Notes under the pieces: generated by a model
What the model was told of the DNA's origin: nothing
Database searches by the model: none
The model's input: the letters and a program-made list of their open reading frames with translations, nothing else
Shown here: piece by piece, positions 31,121 to 50,112 of the stretch
Numbering within the stretch: position 1 is the stretch's first letter
Layout: every line of letters starts with the position of its first letter
Source: the human T2T-CHM13v2.0 reference genome, Homo sapiens
Direction: 5' to 3' (one strand)
Assembly (NCBI RefSeq): GCF_009914755.1
Contig: NC_060929.1
DNA: 64,000 nt
Translations under genes and position numbers: made by a program

Positions 31121-32118
31121 TGTTGCGGGAAGTCAGGGACCCCGAACAGAAGGACCAGCTGGAGCCATGGCAGAGGAACGTAAATCGTGAAGATTTCATG
31201 GACATTTATCACTTCCCAAATTAATACTTTTATAATTTCTTATGCCTGTCTTACTTTAATCTCTTAATCCTTTTATCTTCGTAAGCTGAGGATGTACGTC
31301 TCCTCCGGATCACTATAATTGTGCTAACTGTACAAATTGATTGTAAAATATGTGTTTGAATATGAAATCAGTGCACCTTGAAAAAGAACAGAATAACAGC
31401 GATTTTTAGCGAGGGAAGACAACCATAAGGTCTGACTGCCTGCAGGGTAGGGCAAAAAGAGCCATATTTTTCTTCTTGCAGAGAGCCTATAAATGGACAT
31501 GCAAGTAGGAGAGAGATCACTAAATTCTTTTCCTAGCAAGGAATATTAATATTAAGACCCTGGGAAAGGAATTGCATTCCTGTGGGGAAGTCTATAAACG
31601 GCCGCTCTAGGAGTGTCTGTCTGATACAGTTGAGATAAGGACTGAAATATGCCCTGGTCTCCTGCAGTACCCTCAGGCTTACTAGGATTGGGAAATGCCA
31701 GCATGGTAAATATTTGGTCAGATCGGTTCTCTGCTCTCGAACCCTGTTTTCTGTTAAGATGTTTATCAAGACAATATGTGTGCCACTGAACACAGACCCT
31801 TATCAGAAGTTCTGCCTTTTGCCCTGGTCCTGTTTCCTCAGAAGCACGTGATCTTTGTTCTCCTTTTTGCCATTTGAAGCATGTGATCTTTGTGACCTAC
31901 ACCCTGTTCCTACACCCCCTCCCCTTTTGAAATCCTTAATAAAAACCTGCTGATTTTGCAGCTCAGGTGGGCATCATGGTCCTACCAATATGTGATGTCA
32001 CCCCCAGAGGCCCAGCTGTAAAATTCCTCTCTTTGTACTCTTTATTTCTCAGCCGGCCAACACTTACAGAAAATAGGAAGAACCTACGTTGAAATATTGG
32101 GGGCAGGTTCCCCTGATA
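31121..32118 (+). mobile_element. MER11 (HERV-K11/HML-8 group) solo LTR
   Basis: tgttgcgggaagtcagggacccc...gggggcaggttcccctgata; 6-bp TSD cctttt at 31115-31120 and 32119-32124. Confidence 0.95.
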
Positions 32119-32654
32119 CCTTTTCTCTTCAACCTTGCCTGCATCTGTTTTTTAACTTTTTAATTATAACCAGTCTGACTGGTGTGAGATGGTATCTAAT
32201 TGTGGTTTTGATTTGGATTTCTCTGATTAGTGATGTTGAGCATTTTTTCATACCTTTGTTGGCCATGTGTATGGCTTCTTTCAAAAGGTGTCTGTTCATG
32301 TCACTTGCCTAGTTTTTAATGAGATTGTTTCTTGCTTGTTAAGTTACATATAAATTCTGGATATTAGACCTTTGTCAGATGCACAGTTTACAAATATTTT
32401 ATCCCATTCTGTAGGTTTTGAATTTTTGGTTTGTTGCAATGGCTTTTGGGGACTTAGCCAAAAATTCTTTGCCAAAGCCAATGTTGAGAAGGGCATTTCC
32501 TAGGTTTTCTTCTAGGATTTTAATAGCTTGAGGTCTCAAATTTAAATCTTTAATCCATCTTAATTTTTGTATAGGGTGAAAGGTAAGAGTCCAGTTTCAT
32601 TCACCTGCATATGGCTAGCCAGTTATCCCAGCACAATTTATTGAAAAGCAATTC

Positions 32655-34040
<1,386 letters not shown>

Positions 34041-35764
34041 AAAAGCAATTCGTTGTTTTTGTCAGCCTTATCAAAAATTAGATGGTTGTAGGTTTATGGT
34101 TTTATTTCTGGTTTTTCTGTTCTGTTTGATGGAGCTACATGTCTGTGTTTGTGCCAGTACCATGCTGTTTTGGTTACTGCACGCTTATAGTATGGCTTGA
34201 AATTGGGTAGTTTGATTCCTCTGGCTTTATTCTTTTTGCTCAGGATTGTTATTTGCACTCTTTTTTTGGTTTCATATGCGTTTTAGAATAGTTTAGAATC
34301 GTTTTTTCCTAATTCTGTGAAGAGTGACATTGGTAGGTTGATAGGAATAGCATTGAATCTCTAAATTCCAATAGGGAAGTATGGCCATATTAATGATATC
34401 AGTTCTTCCAATCCATGAGTACGTAACATTTTTCATTTATGTCATCTCTGATTTCTTCCAGTAGTCTTTGTAGTTTTCCTTTTAGCAATCTTTCATCTCA
34501 TTCGTTAGCTGGATTTCTGGGTATTTCACTTTTTTTGTGGTATTTTAAATGCAATCATATTCTTCGACTCTTAGCCTAGATGTTATTAATGTATAGAAAC
34601 GCTACTGATTTTTGTATATTGATTTCATATCCTGCAACCTTGTTAAACTCATTTATCAGTTCTAGTTGCCTTCTGGGGGAGTCCTTAGGGTTTTCTAAGT
34701 ATAGAATGATATTGTCAGCAAATAGAGATAATTTGACTTCTTCCTTTCCTATCCGGATGCCTTTTATTTCTTTCTCTTGCTGATTGCTCTGACTAGGACT
34801 TCCAGTACTCTGTTGATAGGAGTGGTGGGAGTGGGCATCCTTGTCTTGTTCCAATTCTAAAGGGGAATGTTTCCAGGTTTTGCCTGTTCAGTATGATGTT
34901 GGCTGTGGATTTTATAGATGGCTCTTGAGGTATGTTCCTTCTATGCCTACTCTGTTGAGGGCTTTTATCATGAAGGGATGTTGGATTTTATCAAAAGCTT
35001 TTCTGCATCTATCGAGGTTATGTGGTTTTTGCTTTTAATTCTGTTTATGTGGTGAATCATATTTATTGATTTATATATGTTGAATCAAATTGCATATTTT
35101 CTTTAATGTTCTATTTTTAAAAATATTCCCAAATGCACTCGAGCAATTCACTTCTTAACTTTTTTAATTGCTGTGTGTTTGTATAGGCATTGTGACAGTT
35201 GACTTTATGCCTTGGAAGTGAAATGTTCAATACATGTGTGCTGAATAAATACATGTTTTCTGTATATGGCAAATTGTAATAGTGACACCAGATCAAATAG
35301 GTTTAAGATTTTTTTGAGCCTTAAAAACCAATGCTTTGCTTTTTCAAGTGTGCTCCCAGCTGTAGATTGATTTGAGCCTTACTTTTTACTTGTATTTATA
35401 GGCTATCCATAGAGAAAACACTGTTGATTTCATGTAATCTATGTTCATTAGAAATTGAGCCAAATTTTTATGTATGAAACTCTGGATTTTTTTTTTAAGT
35501 TGAGATTTTGATAGTTCCATTATCTGTAGAGTAGATTTTTATTGCATATTTGACAACTACGTCACTGGAAGCTCTAGAGTAGAAATGAAGACAGCAAATA
35601 TAATGGAATCTAGAAGGATCACTGACAAGTGAAAATTTTACCTGAGCTTGTGCTGGCCTTCAACCTCGGACTCTTATTTTAGTTAATCTGACATCTCCAA
35701 ACAATACCTTTGGTTAATTTTATTCTCATTCTCTCTATCCCTGTTTCTGTATGCCTCTTCTCAA

Positions 35765-35828
35765 TCTCTCTCTCTCTCTCTCATACATACACAAACACAC
35801 ACACACACACACACACACTCACACACAG
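35765..35828. repeat. (TC)n(CA)n compound microsatellite
   Basis: Directly visible. Confidence 0.93.
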
Positions 35829-35834
35829 AGTGGA

Positions 35835-36095
35835 CAGAATAGTGTAGTGGTTAAAGACAGACTTTGAAATTGGGCAAGCTTATATTAACTCTCATCTTTG
35901 TCACTTATTTTTATATTTGCTCTGTCACTTTCAACACGCTTTTTTTTTTCTTTTAGATTCACTCAGCCCAAAGTTCTTTATTCATTCAATGGAGAAAATA
36001 ATAGTATTTCTTAGTTTGTTGTTGAGCCTAGTAAATGAGGTGACTCAGGTAAACTTCTTAGCACAGTGGCTGGCATATAGTAAGTTCTTAATTAA
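35835..36095 (+). mobile_element. MIR
   Basis: gtgtagtggttaaagacagactttg...cttagcacagtggctggcatatagtaagttct. Confidence 0.7.
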
Positions 36096-36999
36096 CGGTG
36101 ACTCTACCTAGCATAGAATTTTCCTTGTTTAACTGCACAGATCACTTCTGATACCTTATGATGAATAAGATTACTGAACTTTCCTAGTTTCCTCTTCTGG
36201 CAGAACACATTACCCCTACTTAAGCTTTAAATAAGCAGGAGACTTTCCTAAGTTAGGATTTCAGGAGATTGCCAAGTACATAATACTTCATTTGTGGGAA
36301 AATACAGATGAAAATCTTGAAACAAGAGAAGAATTTTGGGAAGGTCAAGTAGGTTCAATAGTGTTCAGGCACTAAAAGCTGTAATTACTAATTATGAGGT
36401 AACACCTCAGGCTTCCTTTTAAAGTCTGCTTATTTCTAGTTTGTAAACAATTCTAACAAGCATGAATCTACCCCATCTCTAAGCAAAAAGCCCTTCTGGA
36501 ATAGCAGATAAGAAGAAAAGACAATTCATTGTGAAAAGTGCTGAATACCTCCTTACCAGGGAAGAGATTGAAGAAACAAACATATAAATTTATTTTAAAA
36601 AGAACAAAATTGTTTACAGTTCTATAGGATGTCAAGAGGTAATAGGCAATAAAGAGTTCCTTGATCAAGATGTGTGGAAAACACTGGTTTGAATAAAGTT
36701 AAATTTCTCACTTTTCTTTATGGCTTCCCAGAGTCTCTATCTCTAAAAACGAAAGTAGGTGAGTAAAGTATACTGGAATTTCCAATCTAACTTGAACACA
36801 GAATCCTTTTATAGAACAATAATGGGAGCTGTGTTCCACAAAAGCCAGTTTGCTTCTCTGGTCTTAGGCCTTTGTTCAAGGGGTCAAATAGCCCAGCATT
36901 TGTCAACAAGTAATCAGAACATCCAAGCAGTATAGCAATAATAATCATAATAATGCCACAGAGCAGTATGAGATCACATTGTGTTTATTATCACCTTTT

Positions 37000-37440
37000 A
37001 AAATAAGCCAACACCTTCAAACTGGCAATTTTACCTTCAGGAAATCAGCCTTAGAAATACTCATAAAACTCTGGCTACCTTTGTAAGATTGTTCATGACT
37101 ACAGTATTTGTAGTATTATGTATTTAATAACTAAATGTCCATCAGTAAGAAATTGCCTGGATAAGTGATGGCTCAACCAATATAACAAAATACTATATAA
37201 ATACTCAAAAGAATAAGGTAGTTTTATATGTACTAATAGGGAAAAATGCCCTCAACACATTGTTGATAAAAAGTGTTAAGTTGTAGAGAGAGTATATAGC
37301 AAGGTATTTATTTTAAAATTTACACACATATGCCCACACTGAAACAAATGAATGAATAAGGGTGTGTGAATGTGTACACACTTGGATGTATCTGGAGAAC
37401 AAGGAGACAGGCTTTCAATTTTTACTGTATAACCTGTGCT
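37000..37440 (+). mobile_element. Old L1ME-like 3' fragment
   Basis: caattttaccttcaggaaat, ctaaatgtccatcagtaag, aaaatactatataaatac. Confidence 0.55.
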
Positions 37441-37479
37441 TCTAGAATGTAGACTGCTCTTAAGATACATTTGCTCCCA

Positions 37480-38575
37480 CTTGTCAAAGAGATAAAGCTA
37501 AATAAGCCACACGATTATACTCTAAAAAAACCCTCATCTTCCTGACGACACAAAAATACCTAAATATGATAAACAGAGAGAGAGAAGCTACTCCTAGAGA
37601 ACACTGCCACAGCTGTATCATCCCGGAGGGCACGGCACAAGAAGAACAAAACCTGCCATAGGTGGGGGTAAGGAGAAACAAGCCCAATTTTTATCAATCT
37701 TTTATGGTCAGGCATGGGCTGGCATGACACATTAGAATCCTGGGCAAATCTAGCCCAAAGTAAGTCTGCAGTCACTCGTCACTCTCCAACCCTTTTCATG
37801 GCATGTGTGCCAAGTGCGTAGTGTTAATGTGCCAAACTCTGGAGTAGGGCAGGGAATCAGAGAGAGATTTTCTCTGAGGAGCCTGGGAACTTTACTAAAT
37901 ATAAAGCATCAGTCTACTGAAGGCTGGTGGCAGGCTAGTATGATGGAGAGATTTAACAAGGCATAGAAAACTGTTTACAGAACTAGAGAGCAGAGAGAAA
38001 ATATACTACCTCAAAAGTTTATGGTTGTGCTATAAGAGGAGAGAGCAAGAGAAATCTCATACAACTTGGACAGCTGAAAGCTGGGTTGTAGAATACAGGG
38101 GAATCTTGAAACTATCACTAATAATTAGGTTCTAAGACCCAATGAAGGTAAAGCCCTAATGCTGCCTTCAAATTGTTTGATGGTAGTGGTGAAGTGAATT
38201 TAAATAAAGCTGCAGCAAATCTCAGATTCAGCTCAGTTATAGATTAGATGATTAGATTGACTCAACTCTCCACCTCAGCTGTCTGAATAGAAAGGGATAT
38301 GCTCTTTTCAAGGAGTTAATATTTATTTCATCCTGTTTGATTTTCCCACACAATGTCCAGCATACAACCAAAAATTATGAGACAGGCAAAGGAGCAGGAA
38401 AAGTTGGTTCATAATCAAGTGAAAAAATAGTCAATTGTAGAAGTACAGACGTTAGAATTAGAAGACAAATATTATAAAATAACTATGATTACAATATGTG
38501 AAAGGATCTAGTGGAGGAACTGGACAATTTATAAACAGATGGAGAAATTTAGCTGAGAAATGAAACCTTATAAGA
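37480..38575 (+). mobile_element. Old L1ME-type 5'UTR/ORF1 remnant
   Basis: cacacaatgtccagcatacaaccaaaaattatgagacaggcaaaggagcagg...gttagaattagaagacaa resembles ancient L1 ORF1 starts. Confidence 0.55.
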
Positions 38576-38832
38576 CAGAACCCTATTTTTACTTTGTGTG
38601 ATGTTTTTAAATCAATTACATTTGGCAGTGAGAAGACGCGTTTTAAATCTTAAAAATGACTTTAAAAGCATATTTCCAAATGTTTTCATGCAAAATAGTT
38701 AAATTATAAATTAAATACTTTAGAGGGAAACCTCAACTTTATGGGAAAACTTTGTTATGAATATAATATATGCCCTGTGGTTTCCTGGCAATTTTTCTAC
38801 CATACTTGTGGGCAGTCATACAACATGAATCA

Positions 38833-39234
<402 letters not shown>

Positions 39235-40802
39235 CTAGGGTAATGAGCATGCTGTCTAGGGTGATGAAGTTCAGTCTTGGGCTGCATGAGGCAGATATAA
39301 ATAGAGGTTGATTTTACATATATCATTAATGGATCTGTACAAAAGGATGTGCCTTTTTCAGGGCAACATTCTTTATGAAATGCTATTGATGGAGATAAAT
39401 ATGGATAAAACTGAAACGTACAGATGGGCCAATAGGGAGAACCATGCTTAAAATTTAAGGAAATAAAACCTTAATTACGGGCTCAAGTGACAATACTTCT
39501 TTTGGTTCACAATGTGCTTTCAGACACTCACATACAAATTCTCATCAGGCTGAGAAATTTTTGGTTACACTCCTTGTGGTATACGTTTCTTCCCCACAGA
39601 TTTCTAGCCAAAGTATGGACTAATTAACATGACAGGCTTTTTCCTTGAGGACTGAGGATCTGTAAGACCTTGGTATCTTCAATTCTCCTTAAGGTGCTGT
39701 CCAGAATGAACTTAGTCTGTATGCATCTATAGCACCCCTTGACCAGATGTTTATGCCTGCAACATTTGCCATCTATACCACCTTAGTCTTATGAGAACTT
39801 ATTTTGTGTGTTCCATTGAAACTGAGAATTCAGGTTTTTCTGGAAAAGTAGTGACAGCTGAGATATAGATTACTGATGAGGCTGAAGTTCCTCTGAACAC
39901 ATGCTCAGTGGGAGAATGTTCAAAAGGAATGTTGTGGAGCTGAAACAGAGATAATTCCTCAGCAAGATTAAAAAAAAAATCTGTAAGAGCTCTGTTTCTC
40001 ACACCCTGGACTAAGATGTGACAAAAAAATAACTCGAGATAGAGAGACAAAGCAGCAAAATTGTTGGGTTGAGTTGTCAGTTCAAATTCCAAACACTGGC
40101 TCAGAAATGGACTGTGCTTGTTGAAGAACAAGCTGAGATGTATAGCTTGTGGTGTTTTGTTGTTGTCGGAAGAATGTTTAGCTTTTGCTTTCCAGTCATC
40201 TACAGGGGAGAGGGGAGTAGAAAATGACAAGTAGAAATGGAAAGAGGAGCATATGGTCATCTCTATCTGCTGCCCAAAGTTTTATAGAGCATGTTGTTCT
40301 CTGGGACCTCCCACCTGCATTGGGAATAAGCTCATGTGCTACTTTTGGATCTTGACCCACTGGCTTGAATTCAGCTTCTCTCTCACCTCAGGGGTTAAGG
40401 ATAAAGGCAAGCTTGGGGCACACACAGCATTGTGAGGATAAATATTACCACATCATTTTCAACCAAAGAGACTTTTCCTTTTCCTGATTTCAAAATCTCT
40501 GTCAAGCAGCTGTTGCTTATACTGTACATGTTTGTATAATGTCTAGGAGGCAAGTTAGGCATGGCTTAGAATGTTTGGCTTCTAGGTAAAGATTTTTCTT
40601 CATGTGTTAGAAATATACAAAAACAGCACGTCCTTCATGGGGTTTTCTGCCCTCTGATTGGTAGTCACATCCAATTTGATTAAATTGTTCTGGCTTCCTA
40701 GTTTGTTTATTTAATAAAATTTGTAATCTTTTATAGGGCCCATTCTTCGAACTTGGTCCCAACTGCTGATATCCTTGGGAGTGGAATGAAAACCATTTCA
40801 AA

Positions 40803-41072
40803 AGGAAGTGAAACAACTCAGAAACAGAAACTCAAATACCACATGTTCTCACTCACAGGTGGAAGCTAAATAAAGTGTTCGCATGGACATAGAGTGGGGA
40901 ATGATAGACATTAGATTCAAAAGAATGAGGAGGGGAGGGAGGGAGGTAAATGATGAGAGATTATTTAATGAGTACAATGTATATTATTTGGATACACTAA
41001 AAGCTGGGACTTCATCACTATGAAATATATCCATATAACAAAATTGCACTTGTACCCCTTCAATTTACACAC
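40803..41072 (+). mobile_element. L1PB4/L1MA-like 3' end
   Basis: aaataccacatgttctcactcacaggtggaagctaa...aaaattgcacttgtacccc. Confidence 0.8.
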
Positions 41073-43589
41073 AGAAAATGACAGTTGGGCAACTAAACCT
41101 TGGATGACCACAAAACTCTGTAAATTCATTACTCATTGAAAAAATTTTAAGTTTTTTCATTTTTTTTCACCTCCACAGATGCTTGAATGTGGTAGACATG
41201 CTGTAACCTAGTGCTGACTGAATTATTTGTGTAATGTCTGCTTATCAATATGCTAGTTATTGCAGAGGACTAAATGAGATAAAGTTCTCTCTGCTGTGAA
41301 TGACTGTCACACATATTCTCCTTGTCATTTACATTGCCCTTCCAAAGTTATCTTTCTAAAACTCTAGTCTCATTGCATTATTCTTCACACCCTACATTCT
41401 CTTCATTGCTTACTGAATAATACCCTCGGTGAACTACTTGCAAACTATCTTTGCTTCCTTAGCTTTTACCAACAAGGCAGTGAAATTATTTTTCTCCACA
41501 AGTTTCCCAGCAAGTTCAGGGTTTCATACATTTGGTCCCTCTGGTTCCTCTGACTCAATCATTCTTTTCCACATATTACACCCATGCATAACCTTCAAAG
41601 CTGAGATGAAAAACCACTTCCTTCAAGGAGCCTCCCTTCATACCCAGTCTCTATCCATTTTTTCCTTATATTCCACAGTGTCACAATTCCTTGTAGCTTT
41701 TCCCTGAACTGTGAGGTTATGTCAATAGATTCTCCTCCTAGAGCGATCAAATATTCCCTTGCTCAAGCCAAAAATGTATTTTTTTTCTGATATCTCACTT
41801 TCCCTTTTCTTAAGGGTTTTGTATTACGACAACCCTTTGCGAAAATCATACTTTGGCTTCTAGGCATATACATACACGATCTTACCACATATTCAGGCAA
41901 TCAAAGTCTTCCACCTCATCAGTCAGTCCATCATGTTTTCTCATCATTGCTGATTACATTTATCCAACACTACAAATTGTTTGGTTATTATCAGAAAGAG
42001 TTTATGGTGCTTTTTTTCCCAACTAGAAAGGTCTTAAAAGCAGATATTACAAAATCAGCTACTATAAATGTGAGTGGGGTGGGTCAGCTACATATTGTTA
42101 CTATACCTTATATCATACAGAAAATTTAGCTTTTGAAATATTCTCCACAAAATCATAAATGGCTTGAGGTCAAGGGATATATTTAATTCCTCTTAGTACC
42201 TGGCATAGTGCCATACCATGACCATAACAGGACCTTGTTAAATATTTGTTGAAATGAGTAATTTCTGAAAGGGAAACCCATGTTAGTATTTTTCTTCCTA
42301 AAATGTGTTACCATTTTACTTCATGAGAAAGACTCAGCAGAGCTTCTAAAATATAATCAAGATCTCTCTACCAAAATATGATTTTTTTCAGTAAAATCAC
42401 AACAAAAGGAACACATTTTTAATACTATACTAGTCATTAAAATATCATTTGTTGTAGTTCTCCTCTCTGAAGTTAATAATCCTTTGCAAAGAAGTCATCC
42501 TACAGAAAACACAGGAATTGCCTTCAGAGCAGAAATGTAAATAGCTATAATTTATTATCCTGCGTTTTTCAAATATACTACCATCTGCTTTAGCCCTGGA
42601 GACCATTTTAAAGTTATTTCCCCATGATCCATCCTCCACCCCATTCTTGCCCTGGAGATACGCCTGTACTTGTTATTAGCTCACCAAGACACAATAACAA
42701 TTACTGTTCATAAAGGTATTTTATGTCTCATAGAAGTTTGAGCAAATTTATTGGAAGCAAATTCTTTGACATCAGGATTCTGTAATGTAGTTACAGATTG
42801 TTGGCATCATTTAGGATTAGGCAATCTCTTACTCATAAACTTTTGCCAGAATTAAAAGATTATGCCGGTACTTAAAAGCCAGCTCCAGTTGTCTTTTCAT
42901 CTGGCAAAAATCTGAAAGCCCCAGGTTGCTGAACTATACTTCATCAATTCATGACGCCTCTCTTCTCTGCTTTATGTAGCATGAAGTTGGAAAACTACAT
43001 GGGACAGCTGGTGCTAGACTTCCATTCTGTAGGTTCCTCACATCATACACATTTTACTCATGGGTTCAGAATGTACATTTATCCTAGATTCCTGTTAAAG
43101 TAGGTCAGGGAGCATAAGAAAACAGCCCACCTACACCATCAGAAAAACATGTAGATGTAACTTTCAAATTGTGATGTGGAAAGAATCTAGAGAAAAACTT
43201 TCACAGACAGGCCTGTCATCTGGTTATCAGGCAGGGCCAACCACTTGCATCTTGAGTGCCAAATCCCATTCCACTTCTGTTCTCTATTTGAGAGCCTCAA
43301 AATACTTAAGCCACACCTTTAAGTTTTAGAATTTTAGCTGGACCATTATTTTAATTATGTTAAAAACCATGGAAAATATATTCTTTAGTTGAAAGGACCC
43401 ATTCAAATATTTTTCTTTGGCCTTCAGAATCTACCTGTGATTTTAATGAATAATGGTTAGTAATGTACATACTTTGAGAAAAAAAAGTCAACCATTATGC
43501 TAGACACCAGAGAACGATGTGGAGTAATCTTTTAAATAAGAGGGTTAGGGACATTTTTGATGATGAAATGAAATGAAGGCCAAGACCTG

Positions 43590-44006
43590 TGATGTCATTT
43601 GGACATTTGTCCCTCCAATTCACATACTGAAATGTGATTCCCAGTGTTGGAGGTGGGACCTGGTGGAAGGTGATTGGATCATGGGGGTGGATCCCTCATG
43701 AGTGGTTTAGCACCAACCTCTTGGTGATAATTGAGTTCTCAGTTAACATGATATCTGGTTACTTAAAAGAGTCTGGGACCTCCCCCTTCTCCCTCTCTTG
43801 CTCCCACTCTTGCCATGTGAGGTGCAAGCTCCTGCTTTGCCTTCCACCATAACTGTAAGCTTCCTAAGGCCCCACCAGAAGCTGAGTAGATGTTGGTGCC
43901 ATGCTTGTACAGCCTGCAGAACCATACATCAATTAACCCTCTTTTCTTTATAGATTACCTAGTCTCAGGTATTCCTTTATAGTAAAGCAAAAAACTGACT
44001 AATACA
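43590..44006 (+). mobile_element. MST solo LTR (MSTB-like)
   Basis: tgatgtcatttgg...ggaggtgggacctggtgg...gactaataca; TSD acctg at 43585-43589 and 44007-44011. Confidence 0.92.
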
Positions 44007-44299
44007 ACCTGAATGAAATGGGATATTGAATTGTGTAAAAATTTTGGGGAAGGGAGAAGGATATTCTGAAGGAGAAAACTCAAGTGTGAAGGACTTCAGA
44101 TGAGAATATATTTAGGATGACGAAGAAAGTTCAGTTGCTGGAATTCAGTGATTAAGTGCAGAGTGGCAGAAAAAAACCCTTCAGATATGTAGTCAAAAAC
44201 TATGTTATGAAAAGTCTTATGGGCCATGGCAAAGATATTGGATTTTGTTATGAGAAGGGGTAGCCATTGAAAGCTTTAAAAGCTTAAGTGAGACCAAAA

Positions 44300-46500
44300 A
44301 AAGTCAAGGGTACCACAAAGGTATAAAACTAAACACCAAAACAAAAGCACAAAAACTTCATAATAGCCAAAGGGAAAAGGAAAAGCAAAGGAACATCAGA
44401 TAGAAAAAACACAGTAAATATAGTGCTTATAGTAATTACAACATAAGATGAGAGGCTTGGCAGTTATATCAATAAACACAAATGAGTTTAACTCACCTAT
44501 TAAAATAAAAAGATTCTCAAATTGACCCATCAAATTTCAACTCTATGTTGTATATAAGAGACATATCTAAAATATAGCAGTTTTTAAAAAGGCTAAAGAT
44601 AAAGGAATGGGCAAAAGCATTTGCCTGTTTACTAGGCAAATGAAAACAATAAGGAAGTAGGAACTGAAATCCTCATATTGGACAAAGTAGAAAACAGCAT
44701 AACAGGAGGCAAAAGATATTTTATAATGCTAAAAACCACATTATAGAATGAAGCTATAACAAAACTCAATAGCATTCATGTACACAGATAATAGGTAAAA
44801 TATATAATAAGAAAATTTTATTTACAATACCAACAAAAATATTTAGGAGCAAGCACAATAAGATATGTTCAAATGTATATGAAGAAACTATAAATACCTC
44901 TGAAAGATGCAAAAGTACATTTGAAAGTGGAAAGATGGCCCTTGTTCTTGTTTAGGATGTCTCAACATAATGAAAATCTCATTTTTCATTATTTTAATAT
45001 CTGTTAATTATGTTAATTTATAGATTCACCCAAGAAAATATTGACAAGCTTTCTTGTCAAGTTAGATATATTGGGACTAAAGTTCACATGGAAAAATAAA
45101 TGCATAAGAATAGGTAGAAAAACAGTCACTAGGAAGAGCTATGAAGGGGGTATAGTCCTATTAACACTGTAAAGACTATAATTAAAATAGTGTGGTAGTG
45201 GCTCATGAGGATACAAACAGACTAACGGAATAGAAATCTATAGAAATCTAGTATATTAAAAAGGTTGTATCTCAAATCACTAAGGAAAAGATAGTCTTTT
45301 AAATAAATGATGTTGGGCAACTGGATAACCATTTTTTCACAAATAGAAAAACAGATTCCTTCTTCATATCATATATAGGAAAATAAATGGATCAGAATTC
45401 TAAATGTAAAATAATGTAACTTTACTGCAAGAAAATATTGGTGAGTTCCCCTATATTCTAGGTTTATGAAAAAGTTTTTAGCTGATACTAAAACGTCCAG
45501 ATGTGATAAAAGATTGATAAACTGACTACATATGGCAAAAATACCAGAAGCAAAGTCAAAAGACAAATGACAAACTGGAAAAGAAGGAAAAATTATCATT
45601 CTATAGCAAAATGAACAAAAGAAAAAGAGAGGCAATTTATAAAATAATATAAGCATGGGCCTTGAACATATGAAAAGCTATTTAAGTTAATTCATGTTAA
45701 GATAAATGCAAGTTAAAATTCACTGAGATACTATTTCTCACTTAGATGGGCAAAAAATTCAAAGCTTGATGATATATTTCGTTCATAGGGCTGTGGAAAA
45801 CATGAATTACTGGTAGGCATGCAGATTGGTTGGAATGCAAAATCCTTACTGAGGGAGATTTGGCATCAGTTAATAAAACTATACATGCATCTGTCTTTCA
45901 TCTCAGCAGCCCATTTCTAGGAATTTATCCTGAAGATACATATATATTTATGAGGCTACTCATTAAAGTAATATCTGTAGGAAACTACCAAAATGTCTGA
46001 GCATAGGACACTGATTAAACTATAACCCCATACATTCAATGGAATACAATGCAGTTGTAAACAAAGAATGAGGAAGATCTCTACGAACTGATGTAGAATG
46101 ACCTCTGGGATACATTGTTAGGTGAAAAAAAAAGCAAATTGCAAAGAAGCTTACATGTTACCTTGTATAAAAGAAAGAAGGAGAAGTAAGAGAATATGTG
46201 TACATCTACTTATCTTTACAAAGAGAAACCCAGGAAGTCAATGACAAGAACAACATTGGCTCCCATATGAGGTAGGGGAATGAAGCAGAAGAAATACAGG
46301 AGGCAGTGTCACTTTTCTGAGCATATGTTTTTGTATAATTTTGATATTTAGATGTAGTTTAATGTTCTCTATATTCAATAAAAAATTAAATTGACAAAGA
46401 TGGGAAGGAGAAAAATAAAACTGAAAAATAAACTCAGCTATATTTCAAATAAATAACATAACCTCACTAAAGGGGAGAGGAAGAAGTAACTAACCCAATT
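44300..46500 (+). mobile_element. Old L1M (L1MC/ME) ORF2 and 3'UTR fragments
   Basis: Decayed ORF2 phrases aaataaatgatgttgggcaactggata, tgagatactatttctcac, ccatttctaggaatttatcct. Confidence 0.65.
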
Positions 46501-46546
46501 AATACAGGGTATTTGACTGTATACTCCTAGTTTTACATAGGATTTC

Positions 46547-48070
<1,524 letters not shown>

Positions 48071-48329
48071 CTATGTGTATATGTGGGAACTGGTAAGGGT
48101 TAAAGTGAGTTGGGGATATGTTTAGTTTCAGTTTAGTGAAATATTTTTAGTGGTTTGTGGTCAGCCTTGAGTACTTAATTGCCTTACCTACTGAGTACTT
48201 ACTGAGTAACTAATTGCCAGCTTTCCAAAGGTAGAAATGGCTTCTAGGTATACCCTATTGCCTGCCTCGTTGATTTAGATGTCAACAAAGAGGAGTATCT
48301 AAGCAAACACGTAAGTTACTACCAACAGA

Positions 48330-48855
48330 GCATTGACAAAAAAAAAAAGCTGTTAATGAGTGTTCCAATTCAAAGAGCACTTAAGCTTACCATGCAACTT
48401 AAAAGGAACTGAAAATCTGCAGTTCATTAAAAAAAATCTGATAGAGATTTCCCCAAATTTGACAAATTGTGAACCTAAAGAAACTTTTCTAAACTATATT
48501 TAAAAAGTTTTGATCAAACATACTGTAACAAAGACCAATCTATCTCTCCATAAAAAATGAGAATACAAAATTGTTTTGAAGGGGCAATTCAAGAATGTCC
48601 AGCAAAAGGACATAGGAACAAAACAATGCAGGGGTGTGATGGGCAGTGAATTCATATTATTTTTCTCAAGTTTTTTTCATTTTGTAATATTTGGGGTTAT
48701 TTTTTAGCTTTAAAATTTTATACTTTTCTGTAATTTATTTTCTCATTTTTAATAATTACTCATTTTAAACTTAAATTTGTTTAGTATTATTTTCTTAAGT
48801 AGAATCCCCAAAATTGAATTAAGCTTTACAAAGTACAAAAATCTGTATATGCCTA
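48330..48855 (+). mobile_element. Zaphod-like hAT-Tip100 fragment
   Basis: atctgatagagatttccccaaatttgaca...agaaacttttctaaactat...ccccaaaattgaattaagctt. Confidence 0.55.
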
Positions 48856-49249
48856 CATTTACTAGTATTAAAATAACTTCAAATATTAAGGGTTATTTTG
48901 AGTAAAACAACTGATACTCTCCAACAACCATGGTGGGAATGTAAATTGGAATAATTAATTTAGAAAACTGTTTAGCAGTATCAGTTAAAGCTCAGCAACT
49001 TCACTCCTGAATACATACCCAACAGAAATATATATATATACACACACACACATATATGTGCTAAAAGATATGCCAAAAACTGTTCATAGGAACATTCTTC
49101 ATAATTGCCCCAACCTGGAAACAATCCAAATTTCCATCAAGAGTAGAAAATGTACGTAAGTTGTGGTGTACTCACATGATAGAAAACCACACACAAATGA
49201 AAATTAACAAATGACTATTCCATGAAGCAACAAAAATGAATCTCATAAT

Positions 49250-50112
<863 letters not shown>

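Noticed and set aside
39799-40260. 153-aa minus-strand ORF in non-repeat DNA
   Set aside because: No recognisable domain, composition is typical of random AT-rich sequence, and there is no supporting splice or promoter structure.
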